NCBI RefSeq assembly: GCF_006345805.1
Contig: NC_043001.1
Location: 82,708,001-82,772,000 of the forward strand
Direction: 5' to 3'
DNA: 64,000 nucleotides
Source: Octopus sinensis
Taxonomy: Eukaryota
The notes under the pieces are model-generated. The model ran no database searches and had not been told where the DNA came from. It saw only the letters and a list, made by a program, of their open reading frames with translations. Positions 50,636 to 63,944 of the stretch are shown here, piece by piece (position 1 is the stretch's first letter; every line of letters begins with the position of its first letter). The position numbers and the translations under genes were made by a program.

Positions 50636-50947
50636 CTATGTGAAGCATATTCCTCTACAAAAGTTGAGACCTTTGTTAAGTACTGCTTCTTCAGAGCTTT
50701 CTAGATGTGGACTACTTATATTAATTACTACTTTCACAGGCGGGTGACGGACTTCAGTCTTCAGTCTCTGACTTTTGAGTTTCATAAACATCTTAATCTG
50801 GCGTGTCTTTACCATTTCAAATTCTTTTATGTACGACTTTTCTAGATCTTGTTGGATTCTCTTTCTATCATCACCTCTGGTTATTTTCCTAAGTAATGAA
50901 GATAACCTCTCTTTGATTTCGTTATTTAATTGATTTTTTTTTTCCAA
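50636..50947 (-). pseudogene. Penelope-like element N-terminal ORF fragment (inverted relative to the RT piece)
   Basis: ...KVVINISSPHLESSEEAVLNKGLNF, the V.N.S...L...E..VL.KGL.F motif that precedes PLE RT. Confidence 0.8.
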
Positions 50948-50949
50948 CG

Positions 50950-51480
50950 GTTGTAATGGATCCTCTCACGGACGAAGAAATAACAAATATATACATGAAA
51001 AACTTTGAGAATTTGGCTTTAGGATCAACACCACTAAAACCAACTCTATGGTTGCGATGTTGATGACACCTTTATACTCTGGCCCCATCAGTAAGATATC
51101 CAAGTGCTGTTAGATCATGTGAACTCAATAAAGCCATCCATACAGTTCGCAATGGAAAAGAAAAAGACAATCAGCTAGCATTCCTGGACGTATTAATAAC
51201 ACACACCGAGTATGGATTCAGGGCATCCGTATACCGTTAGCAGAACCTTCAATTCCCACCATCCATGCAGTGTAAAGAGAGGGATTTCTCAGTGCCTAAA
51301 ACATCGTGCAAAGAATATAAGTAGCGATCGTGATACACACCACGAAGAAATGATCAAGTTCAATAACACTCTATTAAGCAACAACAACCCCCAAAACATA
51401 CTAGCCACTCTAATTATGAAGAAAAGGAAGGATAAAACCAATAAACTGTCCGCAGTCTGTCTACCCTATGTGAAAGGCAA
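50950..51480 (+). pseudogene. Penelope-like RT C-terminal half (decayed)
   Basis: NIYM..FE.LAL...PLKPTLWLR(Y)VDDTFILWP, EKDNQLAFLDVLI...SVYR, NSHHP.SVKRGI...L.HRA..IS, LPYVKG; GIY-YIG endonuclease absent. Confidence 0.85.
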
Positions 51481-51488
51481 TGACCTGG

Positions 51489-51663
<175 letters not shown>

Positions 51664-51712
51664 CATCGAAAAATACCTTAGAATGAGAAACCAGGTTAGA
51701 AATTTCCCCAAT

Positions 51713-51757
51713 ACACCTGATGAAGGCTTGGAGGGTACATCAGCCGAAACGTTGTGT
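51713..51757 (+). ncRNA. Minimal type I hammerhead in the Penelope pLTR/3' region (family 4)
   Basis: ACAC-CTGATGA-A-GGCT(TGGAGGGTACATC)AGCC-GAAA-CG-T-T-GTGT. Perfect core, G10.1-C11.1 pair, palindromic ACGT stem III, GUU triplet. Confidence 0.8.
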
Positions 51758-52229
51758 TAACAACAAATAAGATGTGGAGAAATATCCGTCAAATGTAAAT
51801 AATGTACAGAATTCCTCATCTCTTAAATATAGAACAGAAAATATAATGTTATATGGTGCTGGTGGGTTTTTTAAACTTTAAATATTTGCTTTGTGTAGCA
51901 GAGGCTTTATACCAAGGTGTACTTAAACTTTTCTTTCGATGTACTGCTTCTGCATGTCCGGCAATTTTACTGTATCCAGTGCGAAGAAGACAGCTTAAAG
52001 TGGTTGGATAACATTGAACAGTTAACATATTATTATTGACTTAATTTAATTTAATTTAATTTAATTTAACTGAAAGAATTCAAATTCCACAGTGGTCAGC
52101 TTTACATTTGAACTTCCTTGGGTCGAAAATTAAAGTACCAGTCAAGTACTACGGTCGTTACTTTCGACTGACTTTCAACCACGAAAAATTATTGACCTTG
52201 TGCTTAAATCGGACACACTATATTTAATC

Positions 52230-52405
52230 TACTTAGCGGCATTTCGTCCGTCTTTACGTTCTGAGTTCAAATTGCGCCGAGGTCTACTTTGCCTTTCATC
52301 CTTTCGGAGTCGATAAAATGAGTTAGTCAGGTACTGGCGTTGATGGAATCGACTTATTCCCTCCAGCGAAATTACCAGCCCTGGCCCAAAATTTTAAACC
52401 AATAT
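52230..52405 (+). mobile_element. SINE family A headless copy
   Basis: CTTAGCGGCATTTCGTCCGTCTTTACGTTCTGAGTTCAAATTGCGCCGAGG...AAAATTTTAAACCAATAT. Confidence 0.82.
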
Positions 52406-52436
52406 ATTTAATGTAATTTATTTAAAAATCATGTCC

Positions 52437-52960
52437 GGTAAGTTCACCCTCATCAGTTCACCACAGGGATAGTTCACCGTCATCAATTCACCGCAAGAAA
52501 AGTTCATCGTCATCAGTACTCTGCAGGGATAGTTCACTATCATCAGTTCACCGCAGGGAAAATTCATCGTCATCAATTCACTGCAAGGAAAGTCCAACGT
52601 CATCAATATTCCGCAGGGATAGTTCACCGTCATCAACGGAAAGTTCAACTTCCTCAATTCACCGCAGGGAAAGTACAACATCCTCAGTTCACTGCAGTGT
52701 AAGTTCACCGTCATTAATTCATTGCAGGAAAGTTCACTGTCACCAATTCATCGCAAAGAATGTTCAGTCATCAATTTACCGCAGGGAAAGTTTACCGTCA
52801 TCAATTTCCCGCAGGGGCAGTTCACTGTCATCAATTCACCATTTTTTCCCATTAGAATGATTTTTAACTATTAATGGTGAGATACTATATATATATTTTC
52901 TCGGTAAACTTTCCTCGCGGTGAACATTTTTCACGATGAATTGATGGCGGTGACCTTACC
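52437..52960. mobile_element. Element made of a 30 bp minisatellite (about 14 units) with inverted units at the far end and 12 bp inverted termini
   Basis: Units AGTTCACCGTCATCAATTCACCGCAGGGAA start at 52441, 52471, 52501 etc. Reverse-oriented copies lie at about 52900-52960. Termini GGTAAGTTCACC and GGTGACCTTACC. Confidence 0.7.
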
Positions 52961-53734
52961 TTTAAAAATAGTTCAAATCCCGCCGTGGTCAAATTTGCCA
53001 ATAAAATGGGTTAGCAGTCAAGCACTGAAGTCGATAAATAGACAGCCTCCTTTCTCTAATTTCATATCTTTGTGACTATTGTATTTTCCGGCTTACAAGA
53101 CAACGGCGTATATAGTGTAAATACTTAGTGTTAGCATTCAAATACCATCTCTCTCTTTTCAAGTCCTGCTGTATTTCACATGGAAGTTTTAATTCTCCTA
53201 AGTTGACCTTTTTCATTTTTTGCTGTAAACTTTGGGCTGAAACATTCGACTTGTAGCTCAGAAAATTAAGTATATAAGAAATCAATATCATTTAATTTGA
53301 TGCTGTATTTCTAAGCAGTTTTGGAAAGGCAAACCCACATATCCTCAAATGAAAATCATGCACAAAATTTGCTTTTTATCTCTCTTTCTCTCTCTCTTTT
53401 TTTTTGCTTGAGTCATTGAACCGCGGCCATATTGAAGCACCACCTTGAAGGATTTTAGACGAATAAATCGAATGTCTTTTAAAGCCTGGTACATATTCTA
53501 TTGGTCGTCAAGCGGCAGAGTGACAAACACTGACACAAAGATACGACAGGCTTCCCTACAGTTTCCACCTGCCAAATTCATTATCAAAGTACTGCTCGGC
53601 CCAGGACTATAGTAGAAGATACTTGCTCAACGTACTGTGCGATGGATATGAGCCCGAAACCACGTCGTTGCAAAGCAAGCTTCTTAACCAAAGGAAAGAT
53701 CTGGAAAATGCTTTTGTAAAGTAAAACTAGGAGC

Positions 53735-54330
53735 AAAATGCTTAGCGGCATTTCGTCCGTCATTACGTTCTGAGTTCAAATTCCGCTGAGGTCTTCGTTG
53801 CTTTTCATTCTCTCGAGGTCGATAAAAGTAATACCAGTTGAACACTGGGGGTCGATTGAAATCGACTTACACCTCCCCGAAATTACTGGCCTTGTGACAA
53901 AAATCTGAAACCCATATTCAGTTACAAGAAGGCAGGGAGCTGGCTGAATCGCTAGCACGCCGGGCAAAATGCTCAGCGGTATTTCGCCTGCCGCTACGTT
54001 CTGAGTTCAAATTCTGCCGAGGTCGACTTTGCCTTTCATCCTTTCGGGGTCGATTAAATAAATACCAGTTACGCACTGGGGTCGATATAATCGACTTAAT
54101 CCGTTTGTCTGTCCTTGTTTGTCCTCCCTGTGTTTAGCCCCTTGTGGGTAGTGAAGAAATAGGTATTCCGTCCATCTATATATCCTAAGTTCAAATTCTG
54201 CCGATGACCACTTTGCCTTTCGTCTATTCAGGGCCGATAAAAAAAGTACCAGTTGAACACCGATACTTATTTTATTGATTTATCCCCTCCCGAAAATATT
54301 GGTTATATGCCAAAATTTGAAACGAGTATT
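53735..54330 (+). mobile_element. SINE family A cluster, including a nested long-tail copy (53930-54162) followed by an old headless body
   Basis: Junction GAAGAAATAG|GTATTCCGTCC at 54162/54163. Confidence 0.88.
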
Positions 54331-54766
54331 CAATTGGAAAGAACGAATAAATTCAGTTGGGTTGATTAAGGAGATCCGTTCATGGTTTACTGCACAAACT
54401 GTCACTCGCTGGTTCGCTACATAGAAATTTCTTTGTTCGTATACTGCGCCGAGGTCTTCTGTTGTTACTAGTTTCTTTTTTATTCGTGTATAACAGGATT
54501 AAATTAATAGGTCGACTGCCTAATAGTTCAGATAATCGCACGTACAAACACACATATCCACACACACACACACACACACACACTCATATATATACACAAT
54601 TGTAGTTATACGTGCATCCATCCATCTATAAATACATACATACATACACACAAACACAAATAGGTGCATGCTTGTATACATATATATTCCTAAAAGTAAG
54701 CGAAGTCATATATGTGTGTGTGTATGTGCTTGTGTCGGCATATGTGTATGTCTGTATTTATATATA

Positions 54767-54813
<47 letters not shown>

Positions 54814-54978
54814 ATGTATATATACATATGCATGTATTTATATGTATATATGCATATAATTACATACCCGCATTTATAGATAAATGTATGTATGTAAATA
54901 TATATTCCTAAAAGCAAGCGAAACCATTATATATGTATATACATATATATACATATACACATACAATATATATATATG

Positions 54979-55010
<32 letters not shown>

Positions 55011-55519
55011 CATACAAACATACATACACGCACACATTTGCTCAATCACAGAGTGCTGCGTGCTTATTTAATACTTTAGTTCGAGATAAGATATCAGAAA
55101 AAGAGCATTGAGTAATGTCAATGAGTGAATGTGAAGTACCAGATGGCTGGATGATGGTAGGGGTGATGGTATAACGGGGGGATTGTAACAGGTCAAATAA
55201 TTCTACACTCTAAACTTGTTAGAATCAGTGCCCAAGTACACAACTATTGATAAAATTCGAATTATGCAATAGAGACAGCCTAAGAATAAATTCTTTATCT
55301 ATGCGACATACTTAGCCTATGTGTGTAGTTGAAACGCCAGAAGTTGCGGTTTTCATCCGGAATAAATCTCTTTATGGAAGTATTGTGTTTTAAAAAATCC
55401 CCCCCCCCCAGTAAGTCTCTTGTTGTTCAACGATATACATATCTTAACAATATCGTATAAATACATATTAGCTTCAAATATTGGCAGAAGGCCATCAATT
55501 TTGAGTGTGTGTGTGTGTG

Positions 55520-55700
55520 TGTGTGGCGTAAGTCGATTACATCGACCCCAGTACACAGCTGGTACTTATTTTATTGATCCGGAAAGGATGTAAGGCAAAG
55601 TCGACGTCGGTAGCATTTGAACTCAGGACGTAAAGACAGACGAAATGCCGCTGAGTATTTTGTCCCGCGTGATAACGATTCTTCCAGCTCGCCGCCTTAC
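55520..55700 (-). mobile_element. SINE family A, diverged
   Basis: GTCGATTACATCGACCCCAGT...CTGGTACTTATTTTATTGA...TTTGAACTCAGGACG...CCAGCTCGCCGCCTT. Confidence 0.82.
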
Positions 55701-56109
55701 CTAACCCTCACACACACACACACGCACACATACACACACATGCACGCATACACACACACATACACACACGCACGCACCTTGTGTGGCGGTCATATATCTT
55801 GAGATTTGGGGTTTCAATCTGTCAAGATTATTGATAAATCCAGCATTATTCATGTGATTTATAACTTGGTCGAAAGTATCAAAAGGCCCAGTAGCAAGGT
55901 AGCTGGAGAATCACCAGCCAAAATATTGTTGGTCCCTGACTTAACAACAGCGGCAATAAGCTGTAGTTAACTGTATACATATAAATCCAGCAGAAAACCA
56001 GAAACCAGCGTCAGCGTATGTTAATAGATTATCAAAAGAGTTTCAGAAAAAAGTAAATAGGAGTACAAGGTAAATAAATATCTGAAGCTGTAAGTAGGGA
56101 ATAAAGGAT

Positions 56110-56147
56110 AATTTAACGTTTCGGAAAATGGTCCTTCGTCAGAAACT
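56110..56147 (-). ncRNA. Minimal type I hammerhead motif (family 5)
   Basis: AGTTT-CTGACGA-A-GGA(CCATTT)TCC-GAAA-CG-T-T-AAATT. Perfect core, 5 bp stem I with one G.U pair, ACGT palindrome. Confidence 0.7.
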
Positions 56148-56158
56148 TTAAAGAAGAG

Positions 56159-56211
<53 letters not shown>

Positions 56212-57114
56212 TGGAGAGAGAGGGAGATGGAGAGAGAGGGGGAAGTGATAAAGAGGTGATTTTGCTTAAAGTTAATCTACAAAACTAAAATGTTCCCGGT
56301 AAAAATGTTAATTCTTTTTTAGTGTAAAATCATCTACTTTAACATTTTTTTTGTTCCTGAAACTGTTTATATCTATTCCCAGAACTATTAATCCTGGATG
56401 ACTCACTTGATTGATCTACCAATAAGTCCCATAGATTAGTTAATGTATTTTCCTTTCTAATAAAGCATCACAAAAAAGAAAAACAAACGACAAAAGATAA
56501 CACATAATCCATCTTATAGTGAACAAGAGTAGTATGTAAATGTTTACAGAATATTTTGCACTGAAAGGAAGAAATAGTGTAGAATTTTACGTTTCGAGCC
56601 AAGCAATGTTTTGTGAGTGAATTTGCTAAAGGAAAATTGTTTCGGAGCCTATCGTAAGCAGTATGAGTCATTTAAAAAATCTACCTCTTTAGCTTTCAAC
56701 CATTATAATCTAAATGGCATTTGGCCCGATTTATTCAATGAGTCAGTCAACCGAAATTACAACTCCATTAGCTGCAAAGACCCTGTTGACTATCGGATCG
56801 AATCAAGCGAAATTACAAACACTTTAGCTCTAAACACCCTGTTGACTACCAGACCGAGTCGTTGGTCATTCAGTGAGTAAACTGAAATTGCAACCACATT
56901 AGCTCCAGCTGGCCAAATTAGTTATCGGACAGAATTATTCTACTAGCTACCTGAAATAATTCGCAAACACCATCTGCATGAAAAATGTATTAATAAATGA
57001 AAAAGAATGAATTTAGTTTATTGATAACATATTTGATGGCATTGAGCATAAAAATTAATAATTATGCAGTGATAGAAAAAGAATAAAACAGAAAAAAACC
57101 TAACTAGTTATTCT

Positions 57115-57530
57115 TTTATTCTTTTACATGTTTCAGTCATTTGACCGCAGCCATGCTGGTGCACCCACCGCCTTGAAGGGTTTTAGTCGAAGAAATCGAC
57201 CCCAGGACGTTTTTTTAAAGCCTTATCTTAAAGCCTAGTACTTATCCTTATCTGAACCGCTAAGTTAAGGGGTTGTAAACACATCAATACCCGTTGTATA
57301 TATACATAAATATGCCTCTGTGTGTATGTGTGTTTGTCCCTCAGCATCGCTTGATAATCGATGTTGGTGTGTTTCCGTCCCCAAAACTTGGAGGTTAGGT
57401 AAAAGAAACTGATATAACAAGTACCATGTTCAAAAAGAAAATAAGTACAGAGGTTGACTCGATTGACTCATATTCTTCAAGGCATGGCCGCAGTCTAATG
57501 ATTGAAACAAGCAAAAGATAAAAGATTATC
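57115..57530. mobile_element. Two SINE B tails in opposite orientations
   Basis: Minus tail at 57115-57300 (TTTCAGTCATTTGACCGCAGCCATGCTGG) and plus tail at 57320-57530 (GCATGGCCGCAGTCTAATGATTGAAACAAG). Confidence 0.75.
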
Positions 57531-58084
57531 GAAGAGTCCTTTATAGTTGCTTTTTCTTTTATGCCCGTACATTAGATATATCAACACTTAACCGTTGTTT
57601 TTCAAGCAAATGTTTCCGTGAACTGTTTCCGTGATGGGTTCTCCGTCGGTCTGGATTACGAGCATTCAGTTTGTTCGACCAACGAAAAATTTCTACTGGT
57701 GAAAATAAATGTAAATGGCTGTGTCTTCCACGGACATGCGTACCTGACTTCAACACAAATTCTAAAGTCTAATCAACATTGAACAAGACGATGCTGGGCG
57801 TTTGAACTACATATACTGGCTATTTATAAAAAACCAAAAAAAAAACTCAAAAAACAAAAAAAAAACAAAACAAAAACAAAGCAAAACAAAAAGCAACAAA
57901 GAAGAATCGATTCCGAAAGAGATTACACGCAAAAGTTATCTTGGTAGGGTTTGAACTCAAAATGCAGAAACGAATACCACAATACCAAAGCAATTTACCT
58001 AACGCTTTACCATTTCCGCCAATTCTTCCTTATCTGACTAATTTAATCCCTAAATCCATTCCTTCTTGCTACAGGCATAAAGAA

Positions 58085-58720
58085 TGAACATTTTAAAGGG
58101 AGGGGGCTAGTCGATCACAAAGACCTCATTGCTCAACTGGTACTTATTTTATTGACTCCGAAAGGATAAAAGGCAAAGTCAACCTCGACGGAATTTGAAC
58201 TTAGAACGTAAAGTCGGAATGAGTGCCACTAAGCTTTTTGTCTGGCGCGGTAGATTCCATCAGTTCACCACTACTAATAATCCTTTCTACTATAGGCACA
58301 AGGCTTGAAATTTGGGGAGGAGACTAGTTAATTACATCGACCCCAGTGTTCCACTGGTATTTAATTTACCGACTCTGAAAGGATGAAAGGCAAAGTCGAT
58401 CGCGGATGAATTTGAACTCAGAACGCATTCTGCCCGGCGTGCTAACATTTCTGTCGGTTTGCCGCCTTGTTGTTAATAATAATAATAACAACAACAACAA
58501 CAACAATAATAACAATAATAATAATAGTAATCCTTTCTACTAATAATCCTTTCTACTAAAGGCACAAGGCCTGAAATTTTGGGCACTTAATTTATTGAGC
58601 CTGTAAGAATGAAAGACAAAGTCGACCGCGTTGGAATTTGAGCACAGAACGTAAAGACAGACGAAAAGCCGCTAAGCATTTTGCCCAGCGTGCTAACAAT
58701 TCTGCCATATCGCCGCCGTA
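58085..58720 (-). mobile_element. Three diverged SINE A copies in tandem
   Basis: CTTTCTACTA.AGGCACAAGGC.TGAAATTT...GGAATTTGA.C.CAGAACG repeated. Confidence 0.8.
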
Positions 58721-59066
58721 ATCTAATCTTTAAATAAAAGCAAGACAGCGGCCGAAGTATTTCAACTCTATCATTTGTAGAGGGGGTTGATAATTGAAGT
58801 CCTGAGATAACTGGGAGGATGGTGGTGAGGGGGCTATCAGAGAAATTGGGGTTGGAGTTGGGGATATAGAAATGGACTGGTCCACCTTAGTTGCCATGGT
58901 AATTGCAATGCACTAATGATAATTGGCTGCATAACGCTGTTGATGAAGTAAATTGTAGCTATTTTCAGAACAGTTAATTCGAAATTTCAACATTTCTGCA
59001 AGAATGTGTGTATATATATATGGACTTGTGTGTATGCCCGTGAATATGTATATGGGTACGTATACA

Positions 59067-59100
<34 letters not shown>

Positions 59101-59204
59101 CATACATACATACATACATACATACATGCATACATACGCACGCACAGACACAGACACACACAAACATATATGCATACATAGGTGCAAACATACATACATA
59201 CATG

Positions 59205-59241
<37 letters not shown>

Positions 59242-59258
59242 GTGCGTATGTGTGTGTG

Positions 59259-59302
<44 letters not shown>

Positions 59303-59816
59303 CACATGTAGGCAAACATGTATACATGTATGCACTCACATACACTATCGCACACAGATACGTATGTATGTGTGCATGCAACCATAGGCGTGTATATAAT
59401 ATATCTTTGCATTTAAACATTAATATATGTTAACTATCATGAGATTAATTGGACACAATGTATAGTACATATATATGTAGGATGGTGGTGGTGCGTGCCT
59501 TCAGGTGTGCGCGCGAATATATGTGTGAGATATATACATGAATAAACGAACGTTAATACTGTCAGCTTCAGTATTTTAAGCGTATACATGGATGTGTGTG
59601 TGTGTGTCGTGTGTGTGTCTATATAGATACATATATGTAGGCATAACTGTGTATAGGCACTGGCATGGATGTGTGGGTAAAAACCTCGCCTTGTTGTAAC
59701 ATGATTTCGGGTTCATGCATGCCTTAGGCGGCCCCTTAAGCAAATGTCTTCTAATATAGCACCGTTCCCACCAATGCCTTATGAGTGAATTGTGAATTCT
59801 GTAGACGGAAACTGTG

Positions 59817-59852
<36 letters not shown>

Positions 59853-59863
59853 TAATAATAATA

Positions 59864-59929
<66 letters not shown>

Positions 59930-59951
59930 CGACGACGACGACGACGACGAC

Positions 59952-59984
<33 letters not shown>

Positions 59985-60199
59985 AATTATCTATGAGTGA
60001 AATTTTAAAATATTTTAAGTTATCGCTAAGCGCGTTTCTACAAATTACATGCTTTTGTGACCATGCACCACATTCCTGGGATGACTACAGAACAATATGT
60101 GATATCCATGCTAGGATATCCATATCCTGTAATATCCATATCAGGTGGGTCTTTATTCATGCGTTCATTTCTTCAGGCGTTATATATATATATGGTGCT

Positions 60200-60927
60200 G
60201 GTGAAGGCGTCGCCACCTTTACCAACGCCATCATCATCACCGTCATCACTACCACCATTTCTACTACTACCGCCACCATCATCACTACCACCATCATCCC
60301 CCCGTCACCCCCACTACCATAACCACCACTATCACCGCCAATATCATCGCTACCATCACCACCACATCACCACCACCACCACCATCATCATGATTACCAA
60401 CATCACGGCCTCCATCATCACCATCACCACCACCTACACCACTCTAACAGTAACACTAACGCTACCACCGCGTTGCTAGACAACACGACACTACATCCCA
60501 CACTACCACACTGTGATAAGACAACTATGCAACTGCCAAAACACCACGCCCCAACACTACTTCTACCCTTCAACCACACCACAGTATCATCATACAGAAC
60601 CAACACATAACTACACATACCACACCGTGGTACTTCTTCCATCACTGCACTATGATACTACTACAGTAAGACACCACTGTGTTACACCATGCTACATCAA
60701 CATACCTCACCCCGATATCACTGACACTCCCCCACCATCACACCACCATCACACCACCATCACCGCCGCCGCGCACTCTTGCACCGAAATGTGATCACAA
60801 CTATGATAGCAGCACACAAACTCACTCCACTTCACCCAGTCTCGCTCCGTTTGGTTGACATATCTCCACCCCTCCACATACAAGACGGCACCACTACATC
60901 ACCATACAGATGTATCGCCACCCCCAC

Positions 60928-60972
<45 letters not shown>

Positions 60973-61650
60973 CACTAATGCACCTCCACATTACAGCACC
61001 TCCTCACGTCCACTCAGTACCATCGCATCGACGTACACCACACCACGGCACTTCCACACTGCACTACACCAAAAGACACCGCATCCGTCACCGCCATATC
61101 GATATATGTTATGCCTCGACACCACCTTACTACACCAACCAGAGATGCAGCATACAACATCACCACCATATTATGCGACACCGCCACATCGACATACGTT
61201 TCACCTCGGTACTACCGCACTACACAACATCGATGTACACCATGCTTCGGCACTACCTCATTACACCACTCAAAGATGTAACACACAACGGCACCGCCAA
61301 ACTACATGACACCACCACATCGACGTACGTTACACCTCGGCACCATCACACTACACGACTCTGATAGATTCCACACTCGCCACCACCATATCAATGTAGC
61401 TTATGTCTCGATACCACCCAGAGATGCGGTACATTTAGGCGATGCTAATCTACACGATACTTCCACATCGACGTAAGCCACATCATGGCTCCTTCACACA
61501 TCGGCACCATTACACTACACTACACTGAGAGACACTGCGGCCACCACCGTCATTGTCACCACCAATGTCACCACCACCACCACCACCACCAATGTTTATC
61601 ACTGCACCACCACCAGTGTTTATCACTGCACCAAACCATCGAACCGCCAC
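60200..61650. repeat. C/A-rich degenerate compound repeat (CAC/CAT trinucleotides, recurrent CACATCGACGTAC)
   Basis: Strong strand asymmetry; recurring ACATCGA(C/T)GTA and GAGATGC words. Confidence 0.7.
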
Positions 61651-61929
61651 GTCGCTTCTCCGCCCAACAGCAGAAAGCCATAGTCAAAAGTAGTCTGCCA
61701 ATGTACGACATCTGGCGAGCAACGAAGCAGTATTGGAATGTAATCTTCTTCTTCACGGCTCATTGAACACACACATTCATACATTCATTCAAGCGACTAC
61801 AATGGAAGACAGATATTGGCGGGAAAGGAAGGAGATAATTGTGGTTCAATACTCAGGTAAGGTGTTGATAATTTTATCGATGGGAACTTGACTGTTGTTG
61901 CATTTATAACTCGACTGAGTTCAATGATG

Positions 61930-62570
61930 TAGGAAAAGGAGGAGAAGAAAAAGGAGAATGAGGCGCGGGGGAGGAAGGAGAGGAGAAATAGTATGATGGG
62001 AGACGAGGGGTGACGTGAGAGGAGAGGAATGGTGGAAGGAGAGGGATGAAGAGGGAGAGATAGAATATGAAGAAGGAAAGGATACGAGAGAGAGTGAGGG
62101 GGAATATTGGGCGGCAGAGGAGTAGAGGGAGGGTGGAAGGAGAGGGATGAGGAAGTAAAGGGGGTGAAGAAAAAGGGAATGAAGAAGGAGAGGAGATGAG
62201 AAGGGGGAATTAGGAGAAGGCGGCATAGGAAGAAAGGGAGGGTGGAAGTAGAGGGATGACGAAAGGAGAGGGTGAAAGAGGAAGGAGAGGGGATGAGGGG
62301 AATATGAAAGAGAGACAGCATGAGAAGAGAGGGATGAGGTGGAAGAGGAATGAGGTGGGAAAGGGATGTGAGGGAGAGAGAGATGAGGTGGCAGAGGGAA
62401 TTAGGAAGGAGAGAGTATGAGGAGAGGGAATATTAGGAGGAGAGGGAAGGAATAGGAAGGTGGTATGAGTGAGATAAGGAATAGAAGGGGGATGAAAAAG
62501 GAGAATGCATGAGGAGGTGGATGAGGGGGAATATAGGAGAGGGGGAATTGAAAGGGAGAAGGAGTGACTA
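61930..62570 (+). repeat. About 640 bp purine-rich tract (GGAGAGGGATGA-like units)
   Basis: Almost exclusively G/A on the + strand. Confidence 0.85.
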
Positions 62571-62611
62571 TAGACAAAATGTCTGTAGAGTACTGGGATC
62601 GGTATCCTCTC

Positions 62612-62678
<67 letters not shown>

Positions 62679-63186
62679 ATCTTTCTTTCTTTCTTTCTTT
62701 CTATCTTTCTTTCTTTCTCTGTATCTGTCTCTGTCTCTGTCTCTCTCTCTCTTTGACAAGGACGCTGTACTTAGCGTGGCTGTGACACTTTTCACAACAG
62801 CAACTACCACCGCATGCTTCCACGGACGATAATCATTTTGTGCCTGTGTCATTTTCTGACAGACAGCTATCACGCAGGAAACGCTGGCTTCCGATTTCTG
62901 TTTTCTGATTGGATTAAAAATGATAAAAACTTTGAACCTCTAACTACCTTTGTAAAATTTACTGGGAGTAAATGAATCCTAAATCTAGATCCAGCGTGAA
63001 AAATGGCATCAATATTCCAAATTTGCAAATTTTTTACTCAATTTTAAAATTTCAAAATCTGACAGCAACCGAAAAGATTCCCCAGTTTATCACAGGAAAT
63101 ATTTAACTTTGAGGACTGAGGTTGATGTAATTGACTTTCTACCCCACCACACCGCAAATTGCTGACATTGTGCCAAAATTTGAAAG

Positions 63187-63944
63187 AATCATTCTTTTCT
63201 TCTCTAGGCGCAAGGCTCAAAATTTTGAGCCCCTTACTGGGGTTGATTAGATCGACACCAGTAAGCAACTGGTATTTAATTTATCGACCCCGAAAGGACG
63301 AAAGGCAAAGTCAACCTCGGCAGAATTTGAACTCAGAACATAAAGACAGACGAAATACCTATTTGTTTATTATCCACGAGGGGCTAAACACAGAGAGGAC
63401 AAACAAGGACAGACAAAGGGATTAAGTCGATTACATCGACTCCAGTGCATAACTGGTACTTATTTAATCGACCCCGAAAGGATGAAAGGCAAAGTCGACC
63501 TCGGCGGAATTTGAACTCAGAACGTAGCGGCAGACGAAATACCTATTTCTTTACTACCCACAAGGAGCTAATCACAGAGGGGACAAACGGATTAAGTCGA
63601 TTATATCGACCCCAGTGTGAAACTGGTACTTATTTAATCGACCCCGAAAGGATGAAAGGCAAAGTCGACCTCGGCGGAATTTGAACTCAGAACGTAGCGG
63701 CAGACGAAATACCTATTTCTTTACTATCCACAATGGGGCTAAACACAGACGGGACAAACAAGGACAGACAAACGGATTAAGTCGATTATATCGACCCTCA
63801 GTGCGAAACTGGTACTTATTCGACCTCGAAAGGATGAAAGGCAATGTTGACCTCGGCGGAATTTGAACTCAGAACGTAACGGCAGGCGAAATACGGCTAC
63901 GCATTTCGCCCGGCGTGCTAATGATTCTGCCAGCTCGCTGCCTT
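63187..63944 (-). mobile_element. SINE family A four-unit concatemer (one head, three headless bodies)
   Basis: Identical junction AAATAG|GTATTTCG (minus strand) at 63358/59, 63542/43 and 63712/13; the distal unit is the short-tail type. Confidence 0.92.

Noticed and set aside
57605-57785. About 58-codon open frame (NVSVNCFRDGFSVGLDYEHSVCS...)
   Set aside because: No recognisable domain and no convincing donor site; the length is compatible with chance.
63187-63944. CRISPR-like repeat/spacer array
   Set aside because: Units are 170-185 bp SINE bodies with a Pol III B box; there are no unique spacers and no cas genes, and the context is eukaryotic.
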